Translations under genes and position numbers: made by a program | Origin: an uncultured Pirellulales bacterium | Lineage (GTDB): Bacteria; Planctomycetota; Phycisphaerae; Sedimentisphaerales; Anaerobacaceae | Length of the DNA: 64,000 bases | NCBI GenBank assembly: GCA_964567045.1 | Contig: CAZMLE010000015.1 | Location: forward strand, 225-64,224 | Direction of reading: 5' to 3' | Shown: piece by piece, positions 63,316 through 64,000 of the stretch | How positions within the stretch are numbered: the first letter of the stretch is position 1 | Layout: every line of letters starts with the position of its first letter | Notes under the pieces: generated by a model | The model's input: only the letters and a program-made list of their open reading frames with translations | Database searches by the model: none | Told to the model about the DNA's origin: nothing

Positions 63316-64000
63316 CTACGGCGCGTCGTGCACCAGGAAAGAGTCTCTCCTGTCCTGGGGCTCGGTCGCCCCTATTAGAGGCGGGCCGCCTCGCCGTATA
63401 TCTCCACCATCCCAGAAGGTATAGATGTTATCGTCATTGATGGCACAATACGACCGTTTCTCAAAGTATACGTGCGTGTCCAGGAACAGTACGTTTTGTC
63501 CGTCTTCGCTATGCACCAAGGAGTTTCCAGCTATCTGCTGTTTTATATCGCCGTCGGGTTTGAAAAGGCGGAAATTTCTGCCTTTGGCAAAAGGTGAATC
63601 AATCCAGGGACCGCGGTCGCCTGCCACTGCCATGCCGGGTTCGCTGGATGTAGTCAGGGCGTACAGACCATAAGGCATATGATAAGAGAAGGCGCAGTGC
63701 TTTGGTGGATTTGGGCCGAAATCCCAGAGATCGATGAGTTCTTTGCCTACCTTGTATTCGCCTGGGTTAAACTCGGTTGTTTTTTTATCGCCGTTGCAAA
63801 GAAAAGATTTTGGCGTTATCTCGCTATATTTGATAAGCAGATAGAAGCTGGCAGAAATACTTGCCTGGCCGCCGGTGCCATCCGGCTGTAAGTTATAGGC
63901 AGTAATTCGGTCGCTGGCCTGCCAGTTGTTTATCCTCGGCCGCCAAGTGCTGGCACGTCCGCCTGCCCGCGGCAGTTTGTCTGAATAATCGCCAGCATAG
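63316..64000 (-). CDS. Prepilin-like / DUF1559-type protein, N-terminus off the right edge
   Basis: The reverse frame stays open from 63678 to 64000 (my translation: YAGDYSDKLPRAGG..SFLCNGDKKTTEF..KHCAFSYHMPYGL). The tail GQNVLFLDTHVYF resembles the NVLFxDGHV end of planctomycete pseudopilin-like proteins. Confidence 0.6.
   Translation of the reverse strand, partial: YAGDYSDKLPRAGGRASTWRPRINNWQASDRITAYNLQPDGTGGQASISASFYLLIKYSEITPKSFLCNGDKKTTEFNPGEYKVGKELIDLWDFGPNPPKHCAFSYHMPYGLYALTTSSEPGMAVAGDRGPWIDSPFAKGRNFRLFKPDGDIKQQIAGNSLVHSEDGQNVLFLDTHVYFEKRSYCAINDDNIYTFWDGGDIRRGGPPLIGATEPQDRRDSFLVHDAP

Overview
This 64-kb chromosomal window is probably from a Planctomycetota (Phycisphaerae-like) bacterium. 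That is an inference from DUF1559-style prepilin-like proteins, GGSGTAEDPYQI-type secreted proteins with dockerin-like tails, and pseudo-ORF-generating repeats. The backbone includes tRNA-Gly(CCC), tRNA-Glu(CTC), tRNA-Ser(GGA), tadA, nadE, a histidine kinase with three receiver proteins, dxr-rseP-glyA, cobO, dnaG-rpoD, an alanine/glycine symporter, tatD, yraN and rplS. A roughly 10-kb envelope-glycosylation cluster carries two GT-C/ArnT-like genes, GT2, GT4, DUF354, a CapK/PaaK-like ligase, two methyltransferases and a UPF0104 gene. Accessory or decayed DNA comprises: (a) a gene graveyard beside tRNA-Gly; (b) a REP-bounded 3-gene cassette at 9.6-11.4 kb; (c) an island at 46.4-52.4 kb between cobO and rpoD. 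The island holds an HNH-AP2 gene, Phd/RelE, a methylase remnant, an orphan MNT and, most interestingly, a visibly AT-rich four-gene module. That module is a minimal NTase, an XRE-ImmA/IrrE fusion, a Beta-protein-family gene and a convergent, 3'-overlapping PD-(D/E)xK sce7726-like nuclease. I consider it a candidate uncharacterised immunity system. The window is also dense in repeats: a tandem pair of REP-associated tyrosine transposases with GTAGGGT-headed REP hairpins whose stems covary, cyanobacterial-STRR-like heptanucleotide arrays (three sit in frame inside genes), and GC-rich palindromes. No CRISPR array or rRNA was seen. All family calls rest on motif recognition by eye, with no searches run.
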